From NCBI GenBank assembly GCA_963803045.1, contig CAWDLC010000019.1:17542-81541 (forward strand): DNA of 64,000 nt, read 5' to 3'. Position numbers and translations under genes: made by a program. Of the stretch, positions 1 to 9,260 are shown one piece after another. Each line of letters opens with the position of its first letter. Within the stretch, counting starts at the first letter, position 1. The DNA is from Candidatus Binataceae bacterium. GTDB lineage: Bacteria; Desulfobacterota; Binatia; Binatales; Binataceae. Under the pieces are notes generated by a model, which worked only from the letters and a program-made list of their open reading frames with translations, was not told where the DNA came from and searched no databases.

Positions 1-999
1 GCTTCACTTTCGCCGTCGAGGGTGAACCCACGGTCGACTTGATTGCCCGGGGAGTGCGAGCAGGCGCGCGAGGAACAGTGCGACGTGGTCGTCGCCATCG
101 GCGGAGGCAGCGTCATCGACGCGGGAAAAGCCATTGCCGCGCTGCTCACCAATCCCGGCGAGTTGATGGATTATTTGGAGGTGGTGGGCAAGGGGAATGC
201 CCTCCAGAATCCTGCCGCGCCGTTCATCGCCGTGCCCACCACGGCGGGGACGGGGTCAGAGGTCACGCGCAATGCGGTGTTGGGCGTGCCCGCGCGGCAA
301 GTGAAAGTCAGCCTGCGCAGCCCGTTCCTTCTGCCGCGCCTGGCGGTGGTGGACCCGGAACTGACTCTCGGCCTGCCGCCGGCGATTACCGCGCGCACCG
401 GACTCGACGCGCTGACGCAGTTGATTGAGGCCTATGTTTCGATCCGCTCGAACCCCGTGACCGACGGATTCTGCGTGCAGGGAATTCCGCTCGCGGCGCG
501 TTCGCTGCGCCGGGCGTTTCACCAGGGGCATGACCCGGAAGCGCGGCGCGATATGTCGCTCGCGGCGCTGTTCAGCGGATTGGCGCTCGCCAACGCCGGC
601 TTGGGCGTCGTCCACGGATTTGCCGCTCCCCTGGGCGGAAGGTTTCCCGCGCCGCACGGAGCGATTTGCGCGGCCATCCTGCCCTATGGGATGGAAATCA
701 ACCTGCGCGCCCTGCGTGCTCGCGCGCCCCAAAGCGATGCGCTGCGCCGTTACCAGGAGGTGGCGCGCATGCTCACGGGGCGGCCCGACGCCACCGCCGA
801 GGACGGAATTGCGTGGACGCGGGAGATTTGCCGGGAACTCGAAATCCCGCCCCTCAAGGCCTATGGGATCGGGGAACAAGACGTTGCCGATCGCTCATCG
901 CGGAAGCAGCCAAGGCGAGCAGCATGAAAGGGAATCCTCTGGCGCTCACGCCGGAGGAGCTGGCGCGAAGTACTGGACATTGTCGATTGCCGAGTGTGA
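1..999 (+). CDS. iron-containing (group III) alcohol dehydrogenase, 5'-partial, with two compensating frame changes near 890 and 965
   Basis: The frame-1 translation (ORF 43..927) has the Fe-ADH motifs VVVAIGGGSVIDAGKAIA and VPTTAGTGSEVT. The C-terminus continues in frame 3 (LIAEAAKASSMKGNPLALTPEELAR, inside ORF 666..1094), then returns to frame 1 (EVLDIVDCRV) and stops at TGA 997-999. The gene is open at the window start. Confidence 0.8.
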
Positions 1000-1162
1000 C
1001 GATTTCCGGTTTCGCGCTACAGAGCGTTTCTCACAGAGGTCGCAGAATGGCTCCAGAGCGCGAGAAACCCCGCTCTTCTCCGTGTCCTCTGTGAGCACTC
1101 CGTGGCCTCTGTGTGAAACGCCCTTAAGCCGGAAAACTGGGGGCTAGGCGAAACTTTCCCGT

Positions 1163-2105
1163 CTATTCCCGTTTCATTTGCAGATTCTGTAACGCTTCCG
1201 CCTCCGTCTTGGCGTTCAGTGCCTTTGCGAGTGCTTCGACCGTCGGCTTGAGCTCCCGGCCTTCTGCCAAGTAAAGTCTGATACATCAGTGGATAATACT
1301 TCGTGTAGGTCTCATCAAAGGCCAGACCGGCATTGTTGTTGGCGGCCAGACACCGGTTGAACGATTTCGGCTCGGGGCTGATGGCCGTGCACGCCTGGTG
1401 AATTTCCTCGAAAGCCTGCTGCTTTTGCTCCAGCGCGTCGTGCTCGGAAATCTGGCCGGCGCGCGCGGCGGCGTACAACTGGCTCAATTGGGCGTGATAG
1501 CGATTCACGATTTCAGCTTTGCGGGCGAACAGTTCCGGCTCGCGCTGAAGGTTTTGATAGACCTCCGAATTCTCGCCAAACTTCTGCCGCGCCACTTCGG
1601 CGGCGGTGAGAAATCCGATCAGGGTTGCAGACGCTTCGCCCCAGGCTGCCGGCAGTTTGCGTAATTCCTTATTGGCGTGGAAATCCTCGTGCGGAACGAC
1701 CACCAGAAAGCGTTCCACCGACTCGTGCGCCAAGGAGGCGGAGACGGGCGTCTTGCCGCTGGCGTTGGCGTCCATGGGGTAAAAGAACACATCGTATTTT
1801 TGCGTGTCGAGCGGGCAGCCCGCCTTCGTTCCCTGCAACAGTTGCAGCTCCTGATAGGAATCGGGGAGTTCGAGTTTGCCGGTGTAGTAGCAGCGATAAG
1901 CGACGGCGGATTCCGCTGACTCCTTGTGGAAGTTCTTCGTCCGGCGGAAACCCAGTTTCTTTTCCAAACGCTTGACGGCGCTGACCAGGTCTTTGCGGTC
2001 CGCAGCGTTGGGATTTTGGGGCGTGTCGGTGGCAGCAGCAAGGCCCGCAAGCAGCGCCACGAGCACGAGGGTCAACAAAAAGAGCCATGGCGTGGATATC
2101 TTCAC
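1163..2105 (-). CDS. secreted HExxH metallopeptidase-like protein (putative aminopeptidase family), one frame change near 1280
   Basis: ORF 1017..2105 opens with a signal peptide (MKISTPWLFLLTLVLVALLAGLAAA) and contains VVPHEDFH (HExxH). After ...TKYYPLMYQ a protein-like tail (LYLAEGRELKPTVEALAKALNAKTEAEALQNLQMKRE*) lies in another frame and stops at 1163-1165. The family name is from memory only. Confidence 0.5.
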
Positions 2106-2235
2106 ACTTTCATTGTAAACGTATTTCCCGCGGCCGGAGTAGCGACCGTAGCACGGCGCGGCGGAGCCGCATGCTCAGCTTGACTTGTACATACGATTAC
2201 GCTATATTATATATACAACACTTGAGGGTAGGCAC

Positions 2236-2424
2236 ATGGCGGTGACACTCACATCGATAAGGCTGGATACCCATCTGGCGGACGAAGCCCGAAAAGTTCT
2301 CGGCGTGAAATCCCGGACGGAGGCGGTGCATGTAGCGCTCCGGGAGATTGTGGCGCTGAAGCGATTCAAGGACTTGATGAGGAAGCACGCGGGAAAGCTC
2401 TCGTTCGCGGGTCACGGTGAGTAA
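2236..2424 (+). CDS. vapB: type II antitoxin, VapB-like
   Basis: A 62-aa product (MAVTLTSIRLDTHLADEARKVLGVKSRTEAVHVALREIV...) starts at ATG 2236. Its end overlaps the downstream PIN gene start by 8 nt, which is classic TA architecture. Confidence 0.75.
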   Translation: MAVTLTSIRLDTHLADEARKVLGVKSRTEAVHVALREIVALKRFKDLMRKHAGKLSFAGHGE

Positions 2425-2824
2425 CCTCGTCATCTTCGACACTTCGATCTTCATCGATCATCTGCGCACCGGATGTCATCAGCAGCGAATCGAATCGCTG
2501 ACCGGTCTCATCCGAACGTCTTCCGTGGTTTTGGCGGAGTTGTGGCGTGGCGCGACGGAACCGGCGGAGCGGGAGTTCCTGCGAGCGCTGGAGAAGAACC
2601 ATCGCATCCTGACGCCCACGGAAAATAATTGGCTGGAGTCTGGCCGGCTGCTGGGGCAAATTTACGCGGATAAAGGCTTCACGCCCGACAAACTGCGCGA
2701 CCTGCATTTCGACGTGCTCATCGCGCTCACCGCGCGGTCTCACGGCGCCCGGCTGATCACCTCCAACCGCGCCGATTTTGAAATGATCAGCGCCTACCGG
2801 AAATTTCAATTGGAAATATGGTAG
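2417..2824 (+). CDS. vapC: PIN-domain ribonuclease toxin VapC
   Basis: A 135-aa ORF with a GTG start. The N-terminal LVIFDTSIFIDHL carries the PIN acidic residue, and ...DVLIALTARSHGARLITSNRADFE is a typical VapC C-terminal motif. Confidence 0.85.
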   Translation: MSNLVIFDTSIFIDHLRTGCHQQRIESLTGLIRTSSVVLAELWRGATEPAEREFLRALEKNHRILTPTENNWLESGRLLGQIYADKGFTPDKLRDLHFDVLIALTARSHGARLITSNRADFEMISAYRKFQLEIW

Positions 2825-2847
2825 CTCCAGCCCCGGCAGTAAAAAGA

Positions 2848-2904
2848 GCAACAAAAAGGTTGCGTTTTCCGCACTGCCGCGCTAATCTGCAACCTGGAGG
2901 TTGC
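2848..2904 (+). promoter_or_regulatory. two GCAAC(C)-N-GGTTGC palindromes upstream of the SRPBCC/ArsR pair (candidate ArsR operator)
   Basis: GCAACaaaaagGTTGC (2848-2863, followed by GTTTTCC) and GCAACCtggaGGTTGC (2889-2904) both occur here. The second overlaps the GGAGG ribosome-binding site 10 nt before ATG 2911. ArsR/SmtB repressors typically bind such dyads. Confidence 0.3.
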
Positions 2905-2910
2905 CTAACA

Positions 2911-3364
2911 ATGGATCAATCGAATTGAAAAGCGTATTGAACTCAAGGCGCCGGTTTCGCGGGTCTGGCGGGCGCTGACGGATTACCGTGAGTTCGGCGA
3001 GTGGTTTCGCGTGAAACTGGAGGGCCCGTTCGTGCCGGGCCAGGTCTCGCGCGGCCATATTACCTACCCTGGCTACGAGCACGTCAAATGGGAGGCCGTG
3101 GTGCAGAAGATGGAGCCCGAACGGCTCTTTTCCTTCACCTGGCACCCTTATTCCGTCGATCCCAAAATAGATTACTCGAAGGAGACGCCCACGCTCGTCG
3201 AATTCCGGCTGGAGAAGACCGCGACCGGCACACTGCTTCTGCTCACGGAGTCCGGTTTCGACAAAATCCCCAGCGACCGCCGCCTGGAAGCATTCCGCAT
3301 GAATGACGGCGGCTGGACAGAGCAAATGAAGAATATTGAGAGCTATGTCGCACAAAAGCCGTAG
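2911..3364 (+). CDS. SRPBCC (AHSA1/START-like) family protein; start region has a one-base frame problem
   Basis: ORF 3011..3364, plus the same frame upstream, reads NRIEKRIELKAPVSRVWRALTDYREFGEWFRVKLEG...FRMNDGGWTEQMKNIESY. That frame is closed by TAA at 2906-2908 and has no start codon. The only ATG with an RBS (2911) is one base out of frame. Confidence 0.7.
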
Positions 3365-3692
3365 CAGCATGACCGCCAAACGGCAGGCTCATGCATCCGT
3401 CTTTGCCGCGCTGGGCGACGAGACGCGGCTATCGCTGGTGGCGAAGCTTTGCCGCGGGCAGCCGCGTTCGATCTCTCAGCTCACCGCGGGCTCCAAGCTT
3501 ACCCGGCAGGCGATTACCAAGCATCTTCGCGTGTTGGAGAGGGCGGAAATCGTGCACAGCGTCCGTACGGGCCGCGAGAGCCGGTTTGAACTCGATCCGG
3601 AGCCGATGGAAGAACTCAAGAAATACCTCGATCTCGTCTCCGCGCAGTGGGATCAGGCCCTGTCCAGGCTAAAATCGTTCGTCGAGGGTTGA
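3345..3692 (+). CDS. ArsR/SmtB family transcriptional regulator
   Basis: The winged-helix signature is FAALGDETRLSLVAKLCRGQPRSISQLTAGSKLTRQAITKHLRVLERAEIVHSVRTGRESRFEL. The start is ATG 3345 (alternatives 3336 or 3369). It overlaps the end of the SRPBCC gene, a common pairing. Confidence 0.85.
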   Translation: MSHKSRSSMTAKRQAHASVFAALGDETRLSLVAKLCRGQPRSISQLTAGSKLTRQAITKHLRVLERAEIVHSVRTGRESRFELDPEPMEELKKYLDLVSAQWDQALSRLKSFVEG

Positions 3693-4022
3693 GTGCTTGT
3701 GCCCTTTGATCTCGTCGTAAACGATGATCGACATCACGACGAGAACCCACACGGGGAAGACTCCCATTCCCGGAATGGCTTCGACGATCAGCCCTGGCAA
3801 AAGGGCCCACCTTCGACCCAGAATCAGGAACAGCAGGCCTGCCGTTCCCAGGTCAAGCACCCACTGGATGGGCGGAGCAAATTCGGTCCACATGGATAAG
3901 AAATCCGAGATCGCAGCCACGCCAAAAGCGATGGCAAATCTGGCGCGGGAGACACGTTTGATCGGAACAATCTCCTGCCCCGGGCTGACCACGACAGGCC
4001 GATTTTCGGTTTTCATCAACAT
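3669..4022 (-). CDS. small hypothetical membrane protein
   Basis: A 117-aa product starts at ATG 4022 (MLMKTENRP...). It has two or three hydrophobic spans (FAIAFGVAAISDFL, LGTAGLLFLILG, GVFPVWVLVVMSIIVY). I do not recognise a family. Confidence 0.45.
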   Translation of the reverse strand: MLMKTENRPVVVSPGQEIVPIKRVSRARFAIAFGVAAISDFLSMWTEFAPPIQWVLDLGTAGLLFLILGRRWALLPGLIVEAIPGMGVFPVWVLVVMSIIVYDEIKGHKHSTLDERF

Positions 4023-4375
4023 GGTGTCCCCCGCCCTGATCGCATCTTCTTCAAGCCCATCGTGCCATGTTCGCGCGCGATCCGCAAGCGAGCGCGATGG
4101 CCCGACCAAGTCTGTAAAAATTGGTGACGTTGCAAGTAGATCTGGATGCCGAGGCTCTGAGCGGCAACTGTTGCCTTTTGCTCGCCGCGACTCTGCGCGG
4201 TTCACTACTGCTATCAGCGTTCGAACGGGAAGGCTTCCGCACTCCATATTTTGTTGGATGTCGCCGCGTCAGGTGGGCGGGGTGAGCAGTCCGCGTGCAC
4301 TTCCTCTTCTGGTGGGCAAGGCGCTCTCTAAGTACAATCAAGTCCGGCTCGCGCGCTGCCTGAGTTCCTAAACCC

Positions 4376-5245
4376 ATGTCAAAACGGTTGATCTCCATGC
4401 GTAGTGTCCGCCTTCTTATTCTTCTGCTAATCGTTCTCACCGTGGCTTTGCCCGCGCCCGCGCAGAACCCTTGGGAGCGCTTGCCAGCCACTCCTGCGCT
4501 ACCCAAGCCGGAGCGCAGCGGCACCGTCCCGGTGAACGGCATCCGCATGTGGTACGCGGTATTTGGCCACGGGTCTCCGGTGATTCTCCTGCACGGCGGG
4601 CTTGCCAACTCGAACTATTGGGGACTTCAGATTCCCGGCGCTTGCCCCACACTTTGAAGTGATCGTGGTTGACAGCCGCGGTCATGGCCGCAGCACTCGC
4701 GATGGCGAGCCGATCACCTATCACCTGATGGCGATGGATGTGCTTGCGCTGATGGATGCTCTGCACATCCCCAAAGCCGCGCTGGTGGGTTGGAGCGATG
4801 GCGCGATCATCGGCCTCGACATCGCCATCCATCATCCCGAGCGGTTAACCAAGCTCTTTGCCTTCGGAGCGAATTCCAACCTCTCCGGCGTGAAAAGCAG
4901 CGAGGGCAGCGCCATCGTTTGCCGCCTACCAGAGCCGCACCCGGGAAGAATACCGCAAGCTCTCGCCGACGCCTGCGGAGTTCAATGCGTTCCGCGAGCA
5001 ATTGAACAAGATGTGGACTACGCGAGCCGAACTTTTCCGATGCTCAACTCCGCAGCATCACTATGCCCACCTGGATCGTGGATGGCGACCGCGACGAGAT
5101 CATCAAACGCGAAGATACCGACCACATGGCGAGTCTCATCCCCGGCGCCGGCGAACTCATCCTGCCCCGCACCAGCCATTTCGCGTTTCTTCAGGACCCG
5201 AAACAATTCAATGAAGCCTTGCTGCACTTTCTTGGCAGCGAGTAA
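4376..5245 (+). CDS. alpha/beta-fold hydrolase with signal peptide; three +1 frame changes (about 4632, 4912, 5025)
   Basis: Four pieces in successive frames join cleanly. They are: MSKRL...GSPVILLHGGLANSNYWGLQIP; then ALAPHFEVIVVDSRGHGRST...LVGWSDGAIIGL (nucleophile elbow GWSDG); then PSFAAYQSRTREEYRKLSPTPAEFNAFREQLNKMW; then EPNFSDAQLRSITMPTWIVDGDRDEII...SHFAFLQDPKQFNEALLHFLGSE*. Confidence 0.8.
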
Positions 5246-5299
5246 CCACGATGATGGGCAGACCCGGGCCACTTCGCTTCCGGCAAACGGGCGTGCCTT

Positions 5300-5399
5300 G
5301 TAGCGCGGGCATCCTGCCCGCTGGGGCGTGGGCATCCTGCCCGCGCACATCGCGCGAGCGGGACGCTCCCGCCGACAGCGGGCAAGATGCCCGCGCTAC
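5300..5399. repeat. REP-like cluster of four short GC-rich hairpins bounded by a 22-bp inverted repeat
   Basis: The hairpins are GCGGGCAtccTGCCCGC (5306-5322), GTGGGCAtccTGCCCGC (5328-5344), GCGGGAcgcTCCCGC (5358-5372) and GCGGGCAagaTGCCCGC (5378-5394). The outer 22-mers at 5300-5321 and 5378-5399 are reverse complements with one mismatch. The cluster lies in the intergenic region between the hydrolase and mazE. Confidence 0.6.
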
Positions 5400-5478
5400 G
5401 CCCCTTTCGCTGCTATGTCGCACACCCCCGGCAAACCGTCCGCTTGCAGCCCGGTGGACATGTGGTTATACTCAGGGT

Positions 5479-5715
5479 ATGAAAACTGCCGTATCCATTC
5501 CTGATGACGTTTACCATGGCGCGGAGCGTCTGGCGCGCCGCGCGAAGAAGTCGCGCAGCCGGCTGTATGGTGATGCGCTCAAGGAATACTTGGCCCGCCA
5601 CGCGCCGGACGAGGTCACTGAGGCGATGAACCGGGCGTGCGCGGAGGTGGGCGAAGCGAATGATCCCTTCGTTTCGGCAGCCTCGCGCCGCATCCTGGAG
5701 CGAAGCGAGTGGTAA
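5479..5715 (+). CDS. mazE: ribbon-helix-helix/MazE-like antitoxin
   Basis: A 78-aa product, MKTAVSIPDDVYHGAERLARRAKKSRSRLYGDALKEYLARH..., starts at ATG 5479. Its end overlaps the MazF gene start by 7 nt. Confidence 0.7.
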   Translation: MKTAVSIPDDVYHGAERLARRAKKSRSRLYGDALKEYLARHAPDEVTEAMNRACAEVGEANDPFVSAASRRILERSEW

Positions 5716-6053
5716 TCTCCCAAGGCGAGATCTGGTGGGCGGATCTTCCCGCCCCAGCGCGCTCCGGCCCGGGATTCCGCAGGCCGGTTGTCGTCGTGCA
5801 GGGTGATGCATTAAATCGGAGTCGCATTTCCACCGTGGTCTGTGTTCCGCTGACCAGCAATCTCAAATGGGCCTTGGCCCCGGGAAATGTCCACCTGCGG
5901 GCACGTCACACCGGCCTGCCGAAAGATTCCGTCGCCAATGTTTCCCTGATCGTCAGTATCGATAAGGAGTTCCTCACCAAACGCGTGGGCAAACTTCCAC
6001 CCTCCAAACTGCAATTAGTGCTCGCGGGGATCGATACTGTCCTGGGTAAGTAG
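5709..6053 (+). CDS. mazF: MazF/PemK family endoribonuclease toxin
   Basis: A 114-aa ORF with a GTG start. GEIWWADLPAPARSGPGFRRPVVVVQGDALN...VVCVPLTS...NVSLIVSIDK matches the MazF/PemK fold signature. Confidence 0.85.
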   Translation: MVISQGEIWWADLPAPARSGPGFRRPVVVVQGDALNRSRISTVVCVPLTSNLKWALAPGNVHLRARHTGLPKDSVANVSLIVSIDKEFLTKRVGKLPPSKLQLVLAGIDTVLGK

Positions 6054-6312
6054 CAGCCAAGGTCAGCGCCGGGTGCCGCTCGAATTTTATGTTGCTCGCG
6101 CAACGGCGGGGGAGCATGATGGCGTGTGTGCGGTGAGAGCCATGCAGGTTGAGGTTGGGACTGGCAAACCGAAGAGACGCGACACATAATGACGGCTGGC
6201 CCGCAGATGCACCGATAGACCTTTCAGATGTGGCGGAAGTAGTGGCCGCTGTGGGTATCCAAATAGACGATCGTGTACGCGCTCACGTAAGTTCTCAAGT
6301 GAGGCCTGATCC

Positions 6313-7229
6313 TTGGAAGAACTAACGACAGCATACTACGAAAACCTCTTTCGCCTTCGGTACGTCGAGTCTAAGGGTGATGTCTTTCAGGACTTCTTCT
6401 CAACCGTCATGGAAATGAGATATCCCGGCGATTTTGTTCGCGTCCGCCCTTGGGGGAACCTCGGAGACCACAAAAACGACGGCTATCTCGCTTCCAAGCG
6501 ACACCTCTTTCAGTGTTATGCACCCCGCGAAATGAAGATGACGGAATGCAAGGCCAAGATCAATAAGGATTTCGCCGGAGCGCTTCCATATTGGAAGGAT
6601 TATTTCGACAAGTGGTTTTTTACGCACAACAATATCGATGGCCTTCCAGCGGACATTCTGAAACTCCTTCTCGATCTTAGTACGGCACATGCCCCCGTGT
6701 GCGCTGCCCAGTGGGGGTATGGTGAGCTGCGGCAGGAATTCAAGCAACTATCTGAGGTAGACATCTCGAAGCTTCTCGGTCCTGCGCCAAGCCGGAAGGA
6801 GATGGTAGATTTGCGGCTTGAGGATGTGAAAAGGTTGCTGGAGCACGTCGCTCTTCTGCCCGAGCCGCGAGCGGTCGATGTAAGACTCGTCCCCGCTGAC
6901 AAACTCGAATATAACCAGTTGTCGCAAGCCGTCGGGACATTGTTGAAGGCCGGCATGACGCGTTCTGAGCTCGTGAAAAAATACCTCCGTGGTATTGCCG
7001 ATCAAACCAGTTACGATCGCACGGCCGCCGCGTTCCGATTGCGCTATCAGGAGTTGAAAGGAGAGGCCGCGCCCCAGACGATATTTTCGCCGGGCTGCAG
7101 AGGTTCATTGCCGGTGCGGGCGTCGCGAGCCCATCACATCAAGCGGCAACACTTGCCATTCTGGCGTTTTTCTTTGAGGCGTGCGAGATTTTTGAGCGGC
7201 CGCCCGAATTGACGGGTACCTTGTCATGA
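6313..7229 (+). CDS. ABC-3C-like system, first (effector-type) component; one frame change near 7070
   Basis: This is ORF 6313..7212 with a TTG start. The N-terminal region has RPWGNLGDHKNDGYLASKRHLFQCYAP (a GD-x3-DG...Q-x-[K/Y] pattern like Mrr/PD-(D/E)xK nucleases). The C-terminal half is helical. The true tail (RAPDDIFAGLQRFIAGAGVASPSHQAATLAILAFFFEACEIFERPPELTGTLS*) is in another frame and ends with the TGA of an ATGA overlap at 7226-7229. Confidence 0.55.
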
Positions 7230-7477
7230 TTCTTCCTACCAAAGGTCTGGCGCTTGACCGGGCGCTTCTCTCCGTGGGCGCAGAAGTTCTTCGACGACTG
7301 GACAGGCCCAAGACCGTATCACGGCTATGGGATCAAGTGCGGCACCCTAAGAGCAGCCTTCTCGAATCAGTTCCGTATGAATGGTTTCTTCATTCGCTCG
7401 ACTTGTTGTATCTGTGCGGCGCGATCGATTTTGAAGATGGCCAAATTCGCCGGACTCACCGGAGGGCGACCCGATGA
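7226..7477 (+). CDS. ABC-3C-like system, middle component (small helical protein)
   Basis: An 83-aa ORF (MILPTKGLALDRALLSVGAEVLRRLDRPKTVSRLWDQV...) has ATGA overlaps with both neighbours. Its size and its position between the effector and the ATPase fit the 'middle component'. Confidence 0.55.
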   Translation: MILPTKGLALDRALLSVGAEVLRRLDRPKTVSRLWDQVRHPKSSLLESVPYEWFLHSLDLLYLCGAIDFEDGQIRRTHRRATR

Positions 7478-9260
7478 TTCATTGTGTGTTTAGCTCCCTC
7501 AAGACATTCAAAACTCTGCACTTTGCGAGGGGACTCAACATCCTACTTTCAGATAAAATGCCCGACGCAACCGAACAACAGACTCGTAATCGCACGGGGA
7601 AGACAAGCTTCATTGAATTGGTTCATTTCATTTGTGGGGGAAACTGCCGCGCGGACTCCATATTCAGGGCACCAGAACTTATACCGTCGTCGTATGGGTT
7701 AGAGTTTGATGTCTTCGACCAAGTCGTGCAAGTTTCACGCTCCGGCTCTGAGCCATCGAAAATCATCTTGGAGCGTGGTGATGCCACCAAATGGCCGAAG
7801 CAACCGCAGGCCGAGGATGACCCACCCCGCAAGGTCATAAAGAACACGGATTGGCGGACAGTATTGGGACGTGGGTTTTTCGCCATTGATGATGAATCTG
7901 ACTCCGAAGAAGATGAGGGAAGCGGACGACGGCCCACTTTCCGTTCTCTGTTTTCATACTTCGTACGGCGGGAGAACAGCGGAGGGACATGCGAGATCCC
8001 GCTCAACAATACCGGCATGAACAATCGGTGACGACTCAAATCGCGTTGGCATTTCTAATCGGCTTCGACTGGACGATCGCTCAACAGTGGGAAGCGGTAA
8101 GGCAAAAGGGAGAAGCAGATTCGCGAATTGAAGCGAATTGTCGGCCAAGGTGTATTGACGGACGTGCTTGACTCAGCGGCTTCGCTACGGTCTCGTCTTG
8201 TTGTCGCGGACGAGAAGCTGAAGCGCATTATCAGGAATTTATCATCTTTTCGGGTCCACGAACAATATCACGCGTTCGAGCAGGAAGCTTCCGGGATTAC
8301 GCGGGAGATTGCTGGGGTTTCCGATGAAAACACTCTTGATCGCGCCTACATTGCGAACCTCGAAGCCGCGATGGAGGCGGAATCGCCGCCCGCTCCAGAC
8401 GATCTGATTCGTCTTTATGAAGAGGCGGGCATTGTGCTTCCTGACCTGGTGCGGCGACGGGATCGAGGATGTTCTGGTTTTCCACGATTCCGTAATGCGC
8501 AACCGCCGCAGCTACTTGCAAGGGGAATACTCGGCAGCTTCGGAGCGGGTGAAGAATCGCGAGGCGCGGCGGGAAGGACTTGATCAGCGGCGGTCCCAGC
8601 TGATGGAAATGTTGAAGTCACATGGTGCACTAGAACAATTCATAGCCCTACAGGCAGAGCAAGGGAGACTCCAAGGCGAGGTTGAGGCTCTCCGCCGCAG
8701 GTACGAGGCGGCAGCCCAACTAGAGTCAACAAGCTCTTCCCTCGAATCTGAACGTGTCAACTTGGTGGCGAGGCTACGGCAAGAGTTTGAGGAAAGAAGC
8801 GCTGTTCTTGACGATGCGATCAGAGGATTCAGCGCCATCGTTGAGGAACTGTACGGAGAGTCCGGGCGCATCGAGTTCCACGCCAAAAACAATGGGCCGG
8901 AGGTTCGAATCGCTATACCCGGTGATCGGAGTCGGGGTATCGGAAATATGGAAATATTTTGCTTCGACATGATGCTTCAGTTAATGTGTGCCAGGCAGAA
9001 AATCGGGCCGGGTTTTTTGATCCATGACAGCCATCTTTTCGATGGAGTCGATCCGCGTCAGACGGCTCGAAGCCTTGGCCGTCGGCGCACGGCTGGCCGA
9101 GAAAATCGGATTTCAATATATCGTCACCCTGAACTCAGATGTCTTGGCTGAGTTGTCATCAGCGGATTTCAATGCAGATAGGTACTTGGTATCCCAACGT
9201 CTCACGGATGCCACAGAGGACGGAGGCCTTTTTGGAATCCGCTTTGAACCTCCCGGCATC
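7474..9260 (+). CDS. ABC-3C-like system, coiled-coil ABC/SMC-type ATPase (DUF2326/YydD-like); four frame changes (about 7990, 8110, 8455, 9070); 3' end uncertain
   Basis: ORF pieces 7474..8031, 7989..8171, 8128..8583, 8417..9151 and 9024..9542 join into about 590 aa. The protein has a P-loop ([18 protein letters not shown]) and a long coiled coil ([50 protein letters not shown]). It then has [19 protein letters not shown], a Walker B/D-loop ([14 protein letters not shown]) and QYIVTLNSD...GGLFGIRFE. The last frame has no stop before 9542. An indel in the T5 run at 9229-9233 would give a stop at 9244-9246. Confidence 0.65.

Noticed and set aside
3724-4608. Overlapping ORFs 3724..4371 (+) and 4051..4608 (-) in the region between the membrane-protein gene and the hydrolase gene.
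   Set aside because: Both overlap better-supported genes or each other. Their composition is Arg/Ser/Pro-rich and they contain no motifs. The 350-nt stretch is more simply a divergent promoter region.
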